Positions 27,108 through 36,096 are shown, counted from the stretch's first letter. The stretch: 64,000 bases of DNA from a virus (IMGVR_UViG_3300044878_000136:125232-189231), one strand, 5' to 3'. The notes: generated by a model not told the origin, from the letters alone. Made by a program: numbers and translations.

Positions 27108-27527
27108 TCACTGATCACAAGAAAACTGGATGATTAGGTCTGGCTCTTTCTGAACCAGCATGTAGACACCTGCAACAAAGTCTCGACCAAGGATGGTCTC
27201 AGCCCCAATGGTAGTCTGGATCAACTCGTGCAATTCCTGCACGGTGTACCAGGTACAATTCTTCTGACCGTGCTCGGTTGTGGCGACAGCGAAGCCGGGC
27301 TCACTGAAGGCCATGGCTTCGATAGCCTGTTTCCAAGTACCGGGGTAACGACCGTTGCAGGGTTTGAAGTTAATGCCCTCGAAGCGATCGCAGAGCAAGG
27401 CTGCTTTCTCGCTGGTCGGAGCATAAGTGAAAGGAAGTTGACCACAGCCATAGTCGGCGACGATCTCAATCCCATTTTCCTCTTCTTCTTTCTTGCGGAT
27501 CACGGTACAACTCAGGTACGTACCCAT
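27108..27527 (-). CDS. hypothetical protein
   Basis: 139-aa ORF. Confidence 0.5.
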   Translation of the reverse strand: MGTYLSCTVIRKKEEEENGIEIVADYGCGQLPFTYAPTSEKAALLCDRFEGINFKPCNGRYPGTWKQAIEAMAFSEPGFAVATTEHGQKNCTWYTVQELHELIQTTIGAETILGRDFVAGVYMLVQKEPDLIIQFSCDQ

Positions 27528-27577
27528 TACTTACTTCCTCAGTATGGATGCGGGGCCAGAGCGACCCCGCAGTTGAA

Positions 27578-28873
27578 TCAGTCAATGATGACGTGGGGCA
27601 TGAACTGCTCTTCGTCAAAGTCATTGACAGCAGAACCGAACTCACGGATGGCGAAACCAGTCGCGTTGGCCAACTTACCCCACTTCGCAGCCTGCGGAGA
27701 CATCCACACACCGCCCAGGAAGTTACGTCCTTCGACCAGACTGCCTGGCTTGACGTATTGTTGGTAGACCATGTTCTCCGATTCATACGGACCATCGGTC
27801 TCTTGCACCGTGGTACCGGTTTCGTCAATGATCTGCACGTTACCGGACATCCGGCCGACCTTTGGCTTTCTGACACACCACTGACGCTCAGCAGCGAACC
27901 TGATGGAACCGAGGTAGGTCGGAATGAACGGCACGCCTTGGGTGTCGAACATACCCGCTTCTTGTAGCTCAGTGATCAGCGAGAAGATACCCTTGTTGGT
28001 CATGAACCACTTGTAGGCTGGTTCCATCACTGCGACGTTCGTGCACCAGCGTTCCCACTGGAGGATCGACTCAGGATGTTTCTCGACCATGTCTTCCCAA
28101 GGCACCAGAACGAACATGCCATCCAACGTAATGCCGTACGCTTCGAATGGCTTGTCGATACGTAGCGATTCGAAACCCAGCGCACGGATATCGACCATCA
28201 TCGCGTTGCCGAACTGATCCAGCGCTTGAGCGATGATCTCGCAGGTAGCCGAGTCATCCACGTATTCACTGTCGAACACCACGCCGATACGGTGGGACTT
28301 GTTGACGTAGCACTCTTTGAGTGCGTTGGTCACCCCTTCGTACCAGTCGTTCGATTGCGACTCGATGTCGTAGTGCTGACCCAGCAGATGGCTCTGCAAG
28401 ACAGTCGACTCGAACAGCATCGTTGGTGTATCGGCATTCAGCTCGTAGATACCAGTAACGGCTTCTGCGACTGGATCGATGGCGAAGTCAAACCTGGAGT
28501 ACAGCGACTGACCCAGCATGCTCTTCTGTTCGTACGTCCATGCCGCGTAGTCGACAAACGCACGGCCTGCCTGACTGCGCAACATCTCGCAATCGAAGTG
28601 CTTGAACAACATGTCGCGGTTAGCGAACGCGTAGTCCAAAGCATTCAACATCACTTCGTACGCTTTGGTCGCTGTGTGTTGGATGCGCTGCATGCCGACT
28701 TCGCTGATGGCGTAGAACGGCAGGTTAGCCTGGTTGGCGATGTGGTAGCCGAAGTGTTGCTTGGCATCCTCGACCAACTCATCCTGGTGCGTATAAAAGC
28801 TACGCAGCCAAGGCATCTCTTCTTCGAGCAGTTTTGGAACGTCCACATGGACAGGATGTTTTACAATTCTCAT
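27578..28873 (-). CDS. glutathionylspermidine-synthase-like ATP-grasp protein (YgiC/YjfC family)
   Basis: Motifs match E. coli YgiC as recalled from memory. SRFDFAIDPVAEAVTGIYELNADTPT matches SRLDLAWDG..LLENNADTPT. C-terminal VRKPKVGRMSGNVQIID...GPYESENMVYQQY matches VVKPIFSREGANVSIIE...GPYGEEGMIVQQF. Confidence 0.75.
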   Translation of the reverse strand: MRIVKHPVHVDVPKLLEEEMPWLRSFYTHQDELVEDAKQHFGYHIANQANLPFYAISEVGMQRIQHTATKAYEVMLNALDYAFANRDMLFKHFDCEMLRSQAGRAFVDYAAWTYEQKSMLGQSLYSRFDFAIDPVAEAVTGIYELNADTPTMLFESTVLQSHLLGQHYDIESQSNDWYEGVTNALKECYVNKSHRIGVVFDSEYVDDSATCEIIAQALDQFGNAMMVDIRALGFESLRIDKPFEAYGITLDGMFVLVPWEDMVEKHPESILQWERWCTNVAVMEPAYKWFMTNKGIFSLITELQEAGMFDTQGVPFIPTYLGSIRFAAERQWCVRKPKVGRMSGNVQIIDETGTTVQETDGPYESENMVYQQYVKPGSLVEGRNFLGGVWMSPQAAKWGKLANATGFAIREFGSAVNDFDEEQFMPHVIID

Positions 28874-29553
28874 GAGCCGCCTCCACCGCCACCTTTACCA
28901 CCACCTCCGCCGCCTCCGGCTTTGGCACCCCCACTACCGCCAGCGCCTTTTACGCCGCCGGTACCCTGAACCCCTTTAGCGCCAGCATAGATGCCGGTGG
29001 TCTTGGTGCTCAGGACAGCCTGCTTCAACGCTGGGGAACCTGGAGGTGTAGCCTTGTAGATTGCTGCACGGCGATTCGCCATGATCGAGCTGGTGTAGAC
29101 GCTCGAATACGTGTTGCGGTTCTTCTTCTCGTCTTCACGGGAATAGTAGCTGCTGGTGCGTGGTGGGTATTGCTGGACGTAATTGCTCGCCCCACCGCTG
29201 GACAACATGTGACCAAGGACTGCACCGCCGGCCATTGCGCCGACGATAGGCCAGACGCTGTTCTCAACCTTTTCAGGGTCCTGAGGGTTCTCAGTGACAA
29301 CGTGCAGCTCTTTCTCGCCTTTGTCATTGACTGCGTAGTACGCGTCTTTGACCGACGGGTCCTTGGCCTGGAGTTTGGCGAGGTTGTCCTTGAGGTCAGT
29401 ATCCTCTTTGGCAACCTCGGCCATGGTTTCCGCTTTCGCCGTATCTTCGACGTAAGCGTCCATGTCTTTACCGCTGACCTCCTGCTCGCAAGCAGTGAGG
29501 CTTAAAGCTGATGTAGCAATCACCGCCGCAGCGGCAAGTTCACGCACACTCAT
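28870..29553 (-). CDS. lipoprotein with Gly-rich C-terminal tail (YgiB/DUF1190-like)
   Basis: Lipobox LSLTAC. Central segment VWPIVGAMAGGAVLGHM resembles YgiB. C-terminus is GGVKGAGGSGGAKAGGGGGGGKGGGGGGS. The gene is translationally coupled (ATGA) to the ATP-grasp gene. Confidence 0.55.
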   Translation of the reverse strand: MSVRELAAAAVIATSALSLTACEQEVSGKDMDAYVEDTAKAETMAEVAKEDTDLKDNLAKLQAKDPSVKDAYYAVNDKGEKELHVVTENPQDPEKVENSVWPIVGAMAGGAVLGHMLSSGGASNYVQQYPPRTSSYYSREDEKKNRNTYSSVYTSSIMANRRAAIYKATPPGSPALKQAVLSTKTTGIYAGAKGVQGTGGVKGAGGSGGAKAGGGGGGGKGGGGGGS

Positions 29554-29577
29554 CTGACGTTACTCTTGGGGTTGGAA

Positions 29578-29874
29578 TTAGTTGTTGACGGCAGCGACCT
29601 TATCGAAGAACGCATCGGGTACATCGATGTCCATCGACTTGAACTTACCGCGGAAGTAGTCGGGACTGACCTTAACACTGTCTTCCGGGATGTCGCGATC
29701 ATCCAGGTTGCTGTAGATCATGCCAGACTCTTCGTCAGCATCCGGGTTATCGTCGAACACTGGTTCGCAGATCGCCCAGAAGCGATGCAGCATTGGGTCG
29801 AAGCCAGCGATGACTTTTACTTCACGGCCGTTGTAGAGGGTGTTGTGCTCAAGATCCATGTTCGTCTCCATCAA
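29578..29874 (-). CDS. hypothetical protein
   Basis: 98-aa ORF. Confidence 0.45.
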   Translation of the reverse strand: MMETNMDLEHNTLYNGREVKVIAGFDPMLHRFWAICEPVFDDNPDADEESGMIYSNLDDRDIPEDSVKVSPDYFRGKFKSMDIDVPDAFFDKVAAVNN

Positions 29875-30320
29875 TTAAAGTGAAGGCATTGCGGCTGTCT
29901 TCTGCGAGTACCGCATCCAGCGTAGGCGCTGCATCTTTGAACACCAGCGCCACCATGTCTTCGACGGCGTAGTTTTCAAAGGTATTCTCGGGAGTGAGGC
30001 GAAGGCGCGTCACGAGTTCAGTCGTAACACCCTCCACCTGCTTGACACGTTTACGGGTGAAGAGCTGATCGCGCTCCCGCTCAGGCGGTATGGCATTCTT
30101 GAAGACCAGGGTGAGGTAATCCGACTGGATGTTCTCGTCGAGGAACTTAACGATCTGGATCTCGACACCCTTGACGTTGGTGCTGACCTTGTAGCGAGTG
30201 ATCTTTCCCCAAAGGTTCTTGCCAGCGCTGTTGGGATCGAACCCAGCATACGCCAGGATATCGTCAATCTCCGTGGGAGGTTCTTTATCAAACCCCACGA
30301 TCATCATTAGAATTGCCATA
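29849..30320 (-). CDS. hypothetical protein
   Basis: The true ATG at 30320 is preceded by AGTCCGTGGAGGACAGT. The track start 30331 is a GTG. Confidence 0.5.
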
Positions 30321-30334
30321 CTGTCCTCCACGGA

Positions 30335-31135
30335 CTATTGGAATTTATGACTCTGCGCTTCGAGCTTGACCAGAATGCGTTGCCCGGTGGTTTGGTTGAC
30401 CAGGACCACTTCGTCCAATACCGGCTTGGACATTTCAAACATGATCTCCCACCCAGCGCTCAACATCACGCCGCTGCGGACGGAGTCGATCTGGTAGGCG
30501 TTCATGCCGTTGGGTACAGGTGCCATGCTGAAGCATTCTGCTCTGACCTGATCTTCGGCGGTCAGTACCTTCTCGCGCTCAACCGTAATGCAGCTGTGCG
30601 GAAGGTCTAACGGCAACCCATTAAGGAAGGCGGCAGTGCCGAAGTCATCGACATAAACCATCCAGACGTCGTACCACCCGATGCGGCGGTCGTCTTTACG
30701 TTTATGCATGCGGATTTCCGAGTGGTGGATTTCCGACCCCATGACCTTGGACAGGTGGGCGAGTAATGCCTCGGTTGTAGCGGGTAAGTCCACGATGCTG
30801 TCAATGGACTTCTGGAAGTTCCCGAAATGTTTCCGGAACTGAATGGTGTTCGGCTTTGGAGCTTTGGGTTGATCGAACGCTGTGTCTGGTGCGTTACGAG
30901 GCGCTTCATCAGACATGCCGACAACGCCAAACCCTTCGAAGTAGACGTACCAGGATTGAGCCCAACCAATGCGACGGTCAGGACCAGTGAACTTCAGGCG
31001 CAGGTCTTCAACCTTGAATTCAAACCCGGTGAGGACGGAAGCGAGGTGGTCGATCAGTGCTTCGGTAGAGGAATCCAATTCCACCAGCGTTTGCATAGCG
31101 TCTTCGAGGGTTCCACGATGTAGGCGAAATTTCAT
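30335..31135 (-). CDS. hypothetical protein with internal tandem domain duplication
   Basis: Residues about 1-90 and 95-185 are clearly related (FR.H.G......TEAL..HL..V ... RRIGW..W.VY..FG). Confidence 0.55.
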   Translation of the reverse strand: MKFRLHRGTLEDAMQTLVELDSSTEALIDHLASVLTGFEFKVEDLRLKFTGPDRRIGWAQSWYVYFEGFGVVGMSDEAPRNAPDTAFDQPKAPKPNTIQFRKHFGNFQKSIDSIVDLPATTEALLAHLSKVMGSEIHHSEIRMHKRKDDRRIGWYDVWMVYVDDFGTAAFLNGLPLDLPHSCITVEREKVLTAEDQVRAECFSMAPVPNGMNAYQIDSVRSGVMLSAGWEIMFEMSKPVLDEVVLVNQTTGQRILVKLEAQSHKFQ

Positions 31136-31197
31136 GCTTATATTCCTCTGTATCTGTGACGTGATTGTCCAGACGATAATGTATTGCCACTTTCGGT

Positions 31198-31240
31198 TTA
31201 AAAGAAAACGGTGGAGCTGGCGCCCGAAGGCGCCAGTCCG
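31198..31240 (-). terminator. intrinsic terminator
   Basis: aaaagaaaacgg then CTGGCGCC-cgaa-GGCGCCAG. On the minus strand the hairpin is followed by a T-run. It lies after the stop of 31244.. gene. Confidence 0.6.
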
Positions 31241-31243
31241 GTG

Positions 31244-32746
31244 TTACTTGGTGTCGGTGGACACGAGTGGCGTAGCTGCACCGAAGATGGTGGTAGCACG
31301 CGAACCGTTCCAGCGCTCAGCTTCGATCAGTTGAATCAGCTGAGGGTTGTTCTTCAGAGCGTTGGCCTTGGCGACGATGGCAGATGCTTCAGCAGTACCT
31401 TTGGCGGTAATACCTTCGGCTTCAGCGATCATCTGGTTCTTCTTCGCCGTAGCGAACGCCTGCTCTTTAGCTACGTGGGCACGGGCGTCGATGGTTGCAC
31501 GTTCTTCGAGTTTGCCGGCAGTATCAACAGCCACCGCCGCTTTGGCTTTCTCTTCGATCGTCTTTTCGTAGGCATCACTGAAGTTCACGTCTTCGACTTG
31601 AATCGAAACGACGGTAACGAACGGTGGAACCATCGACTTGATGCGATTGGTCAACGCCAGGACGAATGCGGTACGGTCTTGGACGAGGGATTCCGCCGAG
31701 TACAGACCGAATACGTTCTCGACTTCCGTCGGTGTAATGGGTCTGATGAACCGATTCGTGACGCCGTCCAAATCGAGGGTAGTGCGGTACAACGTTTTCA
31801 GCTCGGAGGGATTGGCCGTCCAAGTCACCGATACGCGCATGTCCGCAGGCTGCTGGTCCTTGGAGTAGGCCGACAGCTTTGGGAAGTTGTCCGTCCAGGT
31901 TTGCAGACTCAGGCGTTTGACCGACTGGATGATCGGTACGCGCATGTGCAGGCCAGGGTCTTGTACTTCCGACAACTTACCGCCGGTCAGCAACAGACCG
32001 CGCTCGGTTTCGTTGATGGTGTACACCGACGACCAGAGCAGGCACAGCAGGACGAATGCGCCGAAGGCCATAAAGCCGGATTTGATCTTGTTACGCAGAA
32101 CCTTCGCGAGGAAGGATTTGTTTGCTACTGGGGGTGCTTCGAAGTTCATTGAGTTGCTTTCCTTACTGCTTTGAGTTTCCGCCTCAGGTTCCTCCAAGGC
32201 GGGTGCTTCTTCTACCAACGTCGGTTCCAGCAACGGGTACTGGGGTTCCGGCGGTGGCGGAGGAGGTGGGGTTGGATCAATCGCCGCAACGGCGAGTGGT
32301 CGCAATGGTCGTGGGTCTTGCTCTGCTGGAATCTCCACGGGCCGTAGGTCGGTCCATGTAGCTCGACCTGGCAACCCGTGGATGAGGTGAAGATCACTGT
32401 ACATCAGGATCACACCGCCAGACGCCATGAAGTCTGTGTAATCCAGATTCGGATCCAGACGGTTGAAGTGCTGACTGAGGGGAGGAGCTACCCACAACCG
32501 CGCACCAGTCGAACGACCGATGCGGTTGTTGAACGACTTGGACAAGTACTCAGGCCAACCACGCTTATCGCCGAAGTTGCTGGGGTACTTGCTCAGTTCG
32601 GCGTCATCTTCTACAGATGTCCACCAAACGACTATCGTGTTTTGCTTACGGGTCCAGCGCATCAGCGCTTCTGAATAGTCCATCCTACGATTTCTTCTCG
32701 AAGATACGTTTGACGGAAGTGGTGTTGGAACCCACCATATTGGCAC
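31244..32746 (-). CDS. SPFH/band-7 (HflK/C, prohibitin-like) membrane protein with N-terminal extension
   Basis: A TM helix is followed by an SPFH-like core (YTINETERGLLLTGGKL...GLHMRVPIIQ). It has a Pro-rich linker PTPPPPPPPEPQYP and an N-terminal domain of about 150 aa of unknown type. The start may be the internal ATG at 32683. Confidence 0.65.
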   Translation of the reverse strand: MPIWWVPTPLPSNVSSRRNRRMDYSEALMRWTRKQNTIVVWWTSVEDDAELSKYPSNFGDKRGWPEYLSKSFNNRIGRSTGARLWVAPPLSQHFNRLDPNLDYTDFMASGGVILMYSDLHLIHGLPGRATWTDLRPVEIPAEQDPRPLRPLAVAAIDPTPPPPPPPEPQYPLLEPTLVEEAPALEEPEAETQSSKESNSMNFEAPPVANKSFLAKVLRNKIKSGFMAFGAFVLLCLLWSSVYTINETERGLLLTGGKLSEVQDPGLHMRVPIIQSVKRLSLQTWTDNFPKLSAYSKDQQPADMRVSVTWTANPSELKTLYRTTLDLDGVTNRFIRPITPTEVENVFGLYSAESLVQDRTAFVLALTNRIKSMVPPFVTVVSIQVEDVNFSDAYEKTIEEKAKAAVAVDTAGKLEERATIDARAHVAKEQAFATAKKNQMIAEAEGITAKGTAEASAIVAKANALKNNPQLIQLIEAERWNGSRATTIFGAATPLVSTDTK

Positions 32747-33140
32747 ACATCTTCGTCATCTGACGCTTGACCGATTCCGGGTAAGTGTAGCCGTACCCGA
32801 TATCTTTCTTAACAGTCTCGTCAGCCAAGGCCTTGACGATGTTGTAGTTGAAGCGCACCGACAGGGCATTACCTGCGTACTTGTCATCATTGCCGATGTC
32901 CGCCGCTATTTCTTTGGAGATGGCGCGCATGCGCTCGGTCTCGCTGACGCCGTCCAGATACATGTTGGTGATGTCCACGGCCTGCTTGACGAAGAATTTG
33001 CAGGACAGTGGAGTGATGAGGAGCGATTCATCCGGCTGCTCGGTATCGAGCTTAACGAACTTACCGCGTTCCTCGTCAGCCATAGCCAGACCAGTAACGA
33101 AAGTTGTGCAGAGGATTACAGCTTTAATAATGTTGTTCAT
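32685..33140 (-). CDS. secreted protein
   Basis: Signal peptide MNNIIKAVILCTTFVTGLAMA. Confidence 0.5.
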   Translation of the reverse strand: MNNIIKAVILCTTFVTGLAMADEERGKFVKLDTEQPDESLLITPLSCKFFVKQAVDITNMYLDGVSETERMRAISKEIAADIGNDDKYAGNALSVRFNYNIVKALADETVKKDIGYGYTYPESVKRQMTKMCANMVGSNTTSVKRIFEKKS

Positions 33141-33175
33141 ATCCCACTCCTAATGAATAATGATTTACCACCGCA

Positions 33176-33700
33176 TCACTTAGCGGCGATCCGCTCCAAT
33201 GCGCGATGTATAGGTCCAGCAGACTTCTCGATTACTTCAGTGATGTCTACGGGTTCCAGCAGGCCCACCGCCTGGTTAGGAATCCTTCGACTGATGTGTT
33301 CGACACGCTTACGGTGTTCTTCTAACATTTCGGACGTGTCGTCGTGGAACCCATCGATCATTGCCATGACGCCCATCGAGGACATCTTGAATCCGGCAAT
33401 GGTCCCGAGGATATCCTGACTGTCGCGACGACGTACCAACTGACCGACCTGTGGGATCCATGATTGGACCTCCAGCTTGGCGGTCAGCTCTTCGATATGG
33501 GTGTTCGGGAGGACATCTACGCCCTCAGCCGCATCGTCATCCAGAAGAGTACGCTCGAGGCGAGCGATGATCTCAGAGTTCATACTGCGGTGATGGGTAC
33601 GAGCCACCTCCGCGATACGTTCGCGCATTCCGTCAGGGAGACGAACTACAAACTTGTCTGCTGTACGGCTGGAATAGAGTGCTTGTTTAAGTGGGCGCAT
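33176..33700 (-). CDS. RHH (Arc/CopG-like) domain protein
   Basis: C-terminal [25 protein letters not shown] resembles a ribbon-helix-helix. ATG preceded by AGTCCGAGGAGGACATTAAC. Confidence 0.5.
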   Translation of the reverse strand: MRPLKQALYSSRTADKFVVRLPDGMRERIAEVARTHHRSMNSEIIARLERTLLDDDAAEGVDVLPNTHIEELTAKLEVQSWIPQVGQLVRRRDSQDILGTIAGFKMSSMGVMAMIDGFHDDTSEMLEEHRKRVEHISRRIPNQAVGLLEPVDITEVIEKSAGPIHRALERIAAK

Positions 33701-33718
33701 GTTAATGTCCTCCTCGGA

Positions 33719-34063
33719 CTAGACGAACAGTTCAGTGTATTCTTCAGTGGTGCAGATCGGAATGATCCAGTTGCTGTTGGGTAGTTTGATGGTGATGCTG
33801 GCACTCTTCTGAGTAACCATGCCATCGGGGATCCGCTTCTTGAGTTCCTCGATGACCAATTCACTCAGCTCAGGGCTGATGAAGAACCCATGCTTGTTGT
33901 GGAGATGGGGCTGCTTCTTCATGGTGTCGTAGACGTACGCCACGAACGCCTTGGCCCGGCTCTTCTTGTCGAACGCCTTGACGCTGGAGTTACGGACGAC
34001 GATTGCGATAAACAGACCCACCACAACCAGACCTAAGATAATGCTCACGGCCAGATCAGACAT
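33719..34063 (-). CDS. membrane protein
   Basis: N-terminal TM helix AVSIILGLVVVGLFIAIVV. Confidence 0.45.
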   Translation of the reverse strand: MSDLAVSIILGLVVVGLFIAIVVRNSSVKAFDKKSRAKAFVAYVYDTMKKQPHLHNKHGFFISPELSELVIEELKKRIPDGMVTQKSASITIKLPNSNWIIPICTTEEYTELFV

Positions 34064-34457
34064 TTGCAGACTCCTTACGATTGGCTACGTACCACTCTTG
34101 CAGCGAGCGGTAGTTGTGGTCACGCATCTCACCACCCTCCCACGGCTTGCCTGTGTGTTCGTAGTCTTCGTAGTGACGCCACACGAAGTTGGCAATCGCA
34201 CGACTACGGTACCTGCCTTCAGTGCAGTGGATCACGATGTCATCGCCAGCGGCAACCGCCTCTTCGATGAACTCCACGATCTGCTGGCAGGTCTCGTCGG
34301 GGATGCGCGCATCCGGTTCAACGAAGACTTCTTTTACCGCCTTGTGGGAGATATTGAAGCCTTGATAGTTACTGTGGCGAAAGGCCACCCGTAGAATGCG
34401 AGTGGGTTCCTTTAATGCCAGGGCCGAATCCGCTGACATGAATTGTACTGTTGGCAT
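34056..34457 (-). CDS. protein tyrosine/dual-specificity phosphatase (CX5R)
   Basis: VIHCTEGRYRSRAIA matches the HCxxGxxR(S/T) P-loop signature. Confidence 0.6.
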   Translation of the reverse strand: MPTVQFMSADSALALKEPTRILRVAFRHSNYQGFNISHKAVKEVFVEPDARIPDETCQQIVEFIEEAVAAGDDIVIHCTEGRYRSRAIANFVWRHYEDYEHTGKPWEGGEMRDHNYRSLQEWYVANRKESANV

Positions 34458-34467
34458 TGCGTCTTCC

Positions 34468-35445
34468 TTAATAATGGATGTCTACAACGGAGACGATGGT
34501 GTCTTCGTGCAGGGCTTCAATGGCGTCTAGGCCTTTGTGGATGCGTTCTTCCGTGACGGTGAAATCGTCGAGGTCATACAACTCACCTCCTACGACCCAG
34601 GCCGACAACGTCTTCACGCGCAGCGGCGCCAAGCGTTCAAGCAAGGCGTTGGAGAAACGATGTTCGTCGAATGCGAACACCATATCCCGTGGATACCCAT
34701 GCGTCACCCGCAGCTCCTTGAGGAACTCCGAGAACTTCCAGTACACATCCCACTTACGAGCCAGGAGGTATCCGTTAATAGCGTCAGGCGCTACCTGATC
34801 ACGCAGAGCCGGATACATCTCGTGGAAGTACTCGACGAACGTTGGAACCTTGACCCCTTTCGCAGCGAGGTCAGTGCGCATCTGCATCGCACCCGTTTCA
34901 CGGTCTGGGAATTCCTTAGCGATCGCTTCCCAGTCAACGTCTCTGATAGCCAGCGCTGACCACTCACCTACCAGGATTTGACCGTAGATCTTCCCGAACA
35001 CCGTCTGTTTGGCTTCGGCTGCGGTGATTGGAGTGACATGCGCATCTTGCGTGGATGGATCTTTGGCCTTGAGGTAGGAAGACCAACGACCGCCCGGCTC
35101 GTACCAGTCGTACAGACCATCACCATGCAACGCAAACAATTTATAGTCATGGTCCTTCTTGTAGGTCAGGACCCAACTGGCTGGACCGAAGTTAACGGAC
35201 CATGGGGCGCAGGCATCTTCCTCTGGCATCACAACGAATACTTCGAGGAAATCCTTACCCACGCTCGACTCTACGTTCTGGATCATCTCCATGATCTGGC
35301 TGATCATGAGACCGGCAGATGTCGCCTGTGGAAAGGTGTGGCAAAGTACTGGTGTGGAACCAATGGTGAGTTCGTTGTACTTATCCAGCGCCTGCGACAA
35401 TGCGAACCGATCCTGAGGACCGTAAACCATAATTCCCCTATGCAT
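34468..35445 (-). CDS. hypothetical protein
   Basis: 325-aa ORF. The first codons contain the CTATGCATAG palindrome. The start may be the second ATG at 35430. Confidence 0.55.
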   Translation of the reverse strand: MHRGIMVYGPQDRFALSQALDKYNELTIGSTPVLCHTFPQATSAGLMISQIMEMIQNVESSVGKDFLEVFVVMPEEDACAPWSVNFGPASWVLTYKKDHDYKLFALHGDGLYDWYEPGGRWSSYLKAKDPSTQDAHVTPITAAEAKQTVFGKIYGQILVGEWSALAIRDVDWEAIAKEFPDRETGAMQMRTDLAAKGVKVPTFVEYFHEMYPALRDQVAPDAINGYLLARKWDVYWKFSEFLKELRVTHGYPRDMVFAFDEHRFSNALLERLAPLRVKTLSAWVVGGELYDLDDFTVTEERIHKGLDAIEALHEDTIVSVVDIHY

Positions 35446-35476
35446 AGAGGGAGCTCCTAGGTGTAGTGTTGTCTAT

Positions 35477-35494
35477 TCAATAATGTAGTATTGT
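35477..35494 (-). promoter_or_regulatory. candidate promoter motif, family B (TACATTATTGAA)
   Basis: The coding strand reads ACTACATTATTGAATAGAC about 35 nt upstream of the ATG. Confidence 0.35.
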
Positions 35495-35518
35495 AAAGTT
35501 TTACTGGCGTTTTCAGCA

Positions 35519-35566
35519 CAAAAAAAGAATAGCAGTGAGTGGGTTTCCCCACTCACTGCGTTATGC
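35519..35566 (-). terminator. intrinsic terminator with TTATGCTC box
   Basis: acaaaaaaagaatag then GCAGTGAGTGGG-tttc-CCCACTCACTGC then GTTATGCTCA. The stop of 35567.. gene lies in the box. Confidence 0.65.
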
Positions 35567-35893
35567 TCAGGCTACCAGATGTTCGAAGTGCTTCTGGTAG
35601 AATGGGAGCTCTTCGATCCCATGTACCATGGACAGCCATTCAGCAGCTTCCAACATCAGATCGCTGTGGCTAGCGTCAGCCCACAGTGGTCCGTAGAAAC
35701 TACGAATGCTTTCAAAGCCTTTCTTCTCGACCAGGTTCTTCAGCGACATGTAGCTGAAATCATCTTTCGAGGTACCGCGACGAATGTAGGCTTCTTCAAC
35801 CAAGTCAGCCTTGCGGCAGAGGGTGAAGCTGATCGTCCGCCCGAAAGCGTTGAGGTTGAAGATCAGGCCAGCTGCGTCGTGAATAACTTCCAT
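35567..35893 (-). CDS. hypothetical protein
   Basis: I moved the start to ATG 35893, which has AAGGAGAAAG upstream. The track start would overlap 35905..36096. Confidence 0.45.
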   Translation of the reverse strand: MEVIHDAAGLIFNLNAFGRTISFTLCRKADLVEEAYIRRGTSKDDFSYMSLKNLVEKKGFESIRSFYGPLWADASHSDLMLEAAEWLSMVHGIEELPFYQKHFEHLVA

Positions 35894-35904
35894 TGTCTTT
35901 CTCC

Positions 35905-36096
35905 TTAGTGCTTTGCGATGAATTCGTTCTTGATGCAGATGATGCCATTCTCGTATTTCAGAGAATCGCAACCTTTGATCTTACCACCGCTTGCGACGAA
36001 GGCTTGATCTTCTTTCTTCATCTGGTAGTCGGCGATTGCAACAACACCGACTACAGCGGTGATCAGAGCGAGTGTAGCGATGATAAGCTTTTTCAT
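35905..36096 (-). CDS. small secreted/membrane-anchored protein
   Basis: Signal-like N-terminus MKKLIIATLALITAVVGVVAIA. Confidence 0.4.
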   Translation of the reverse strand: MKKLIIATLALITAVVGVVAIADYQMKKEDQAFVASGGKIKGCDSLKYENGIICIKNEFIAKH

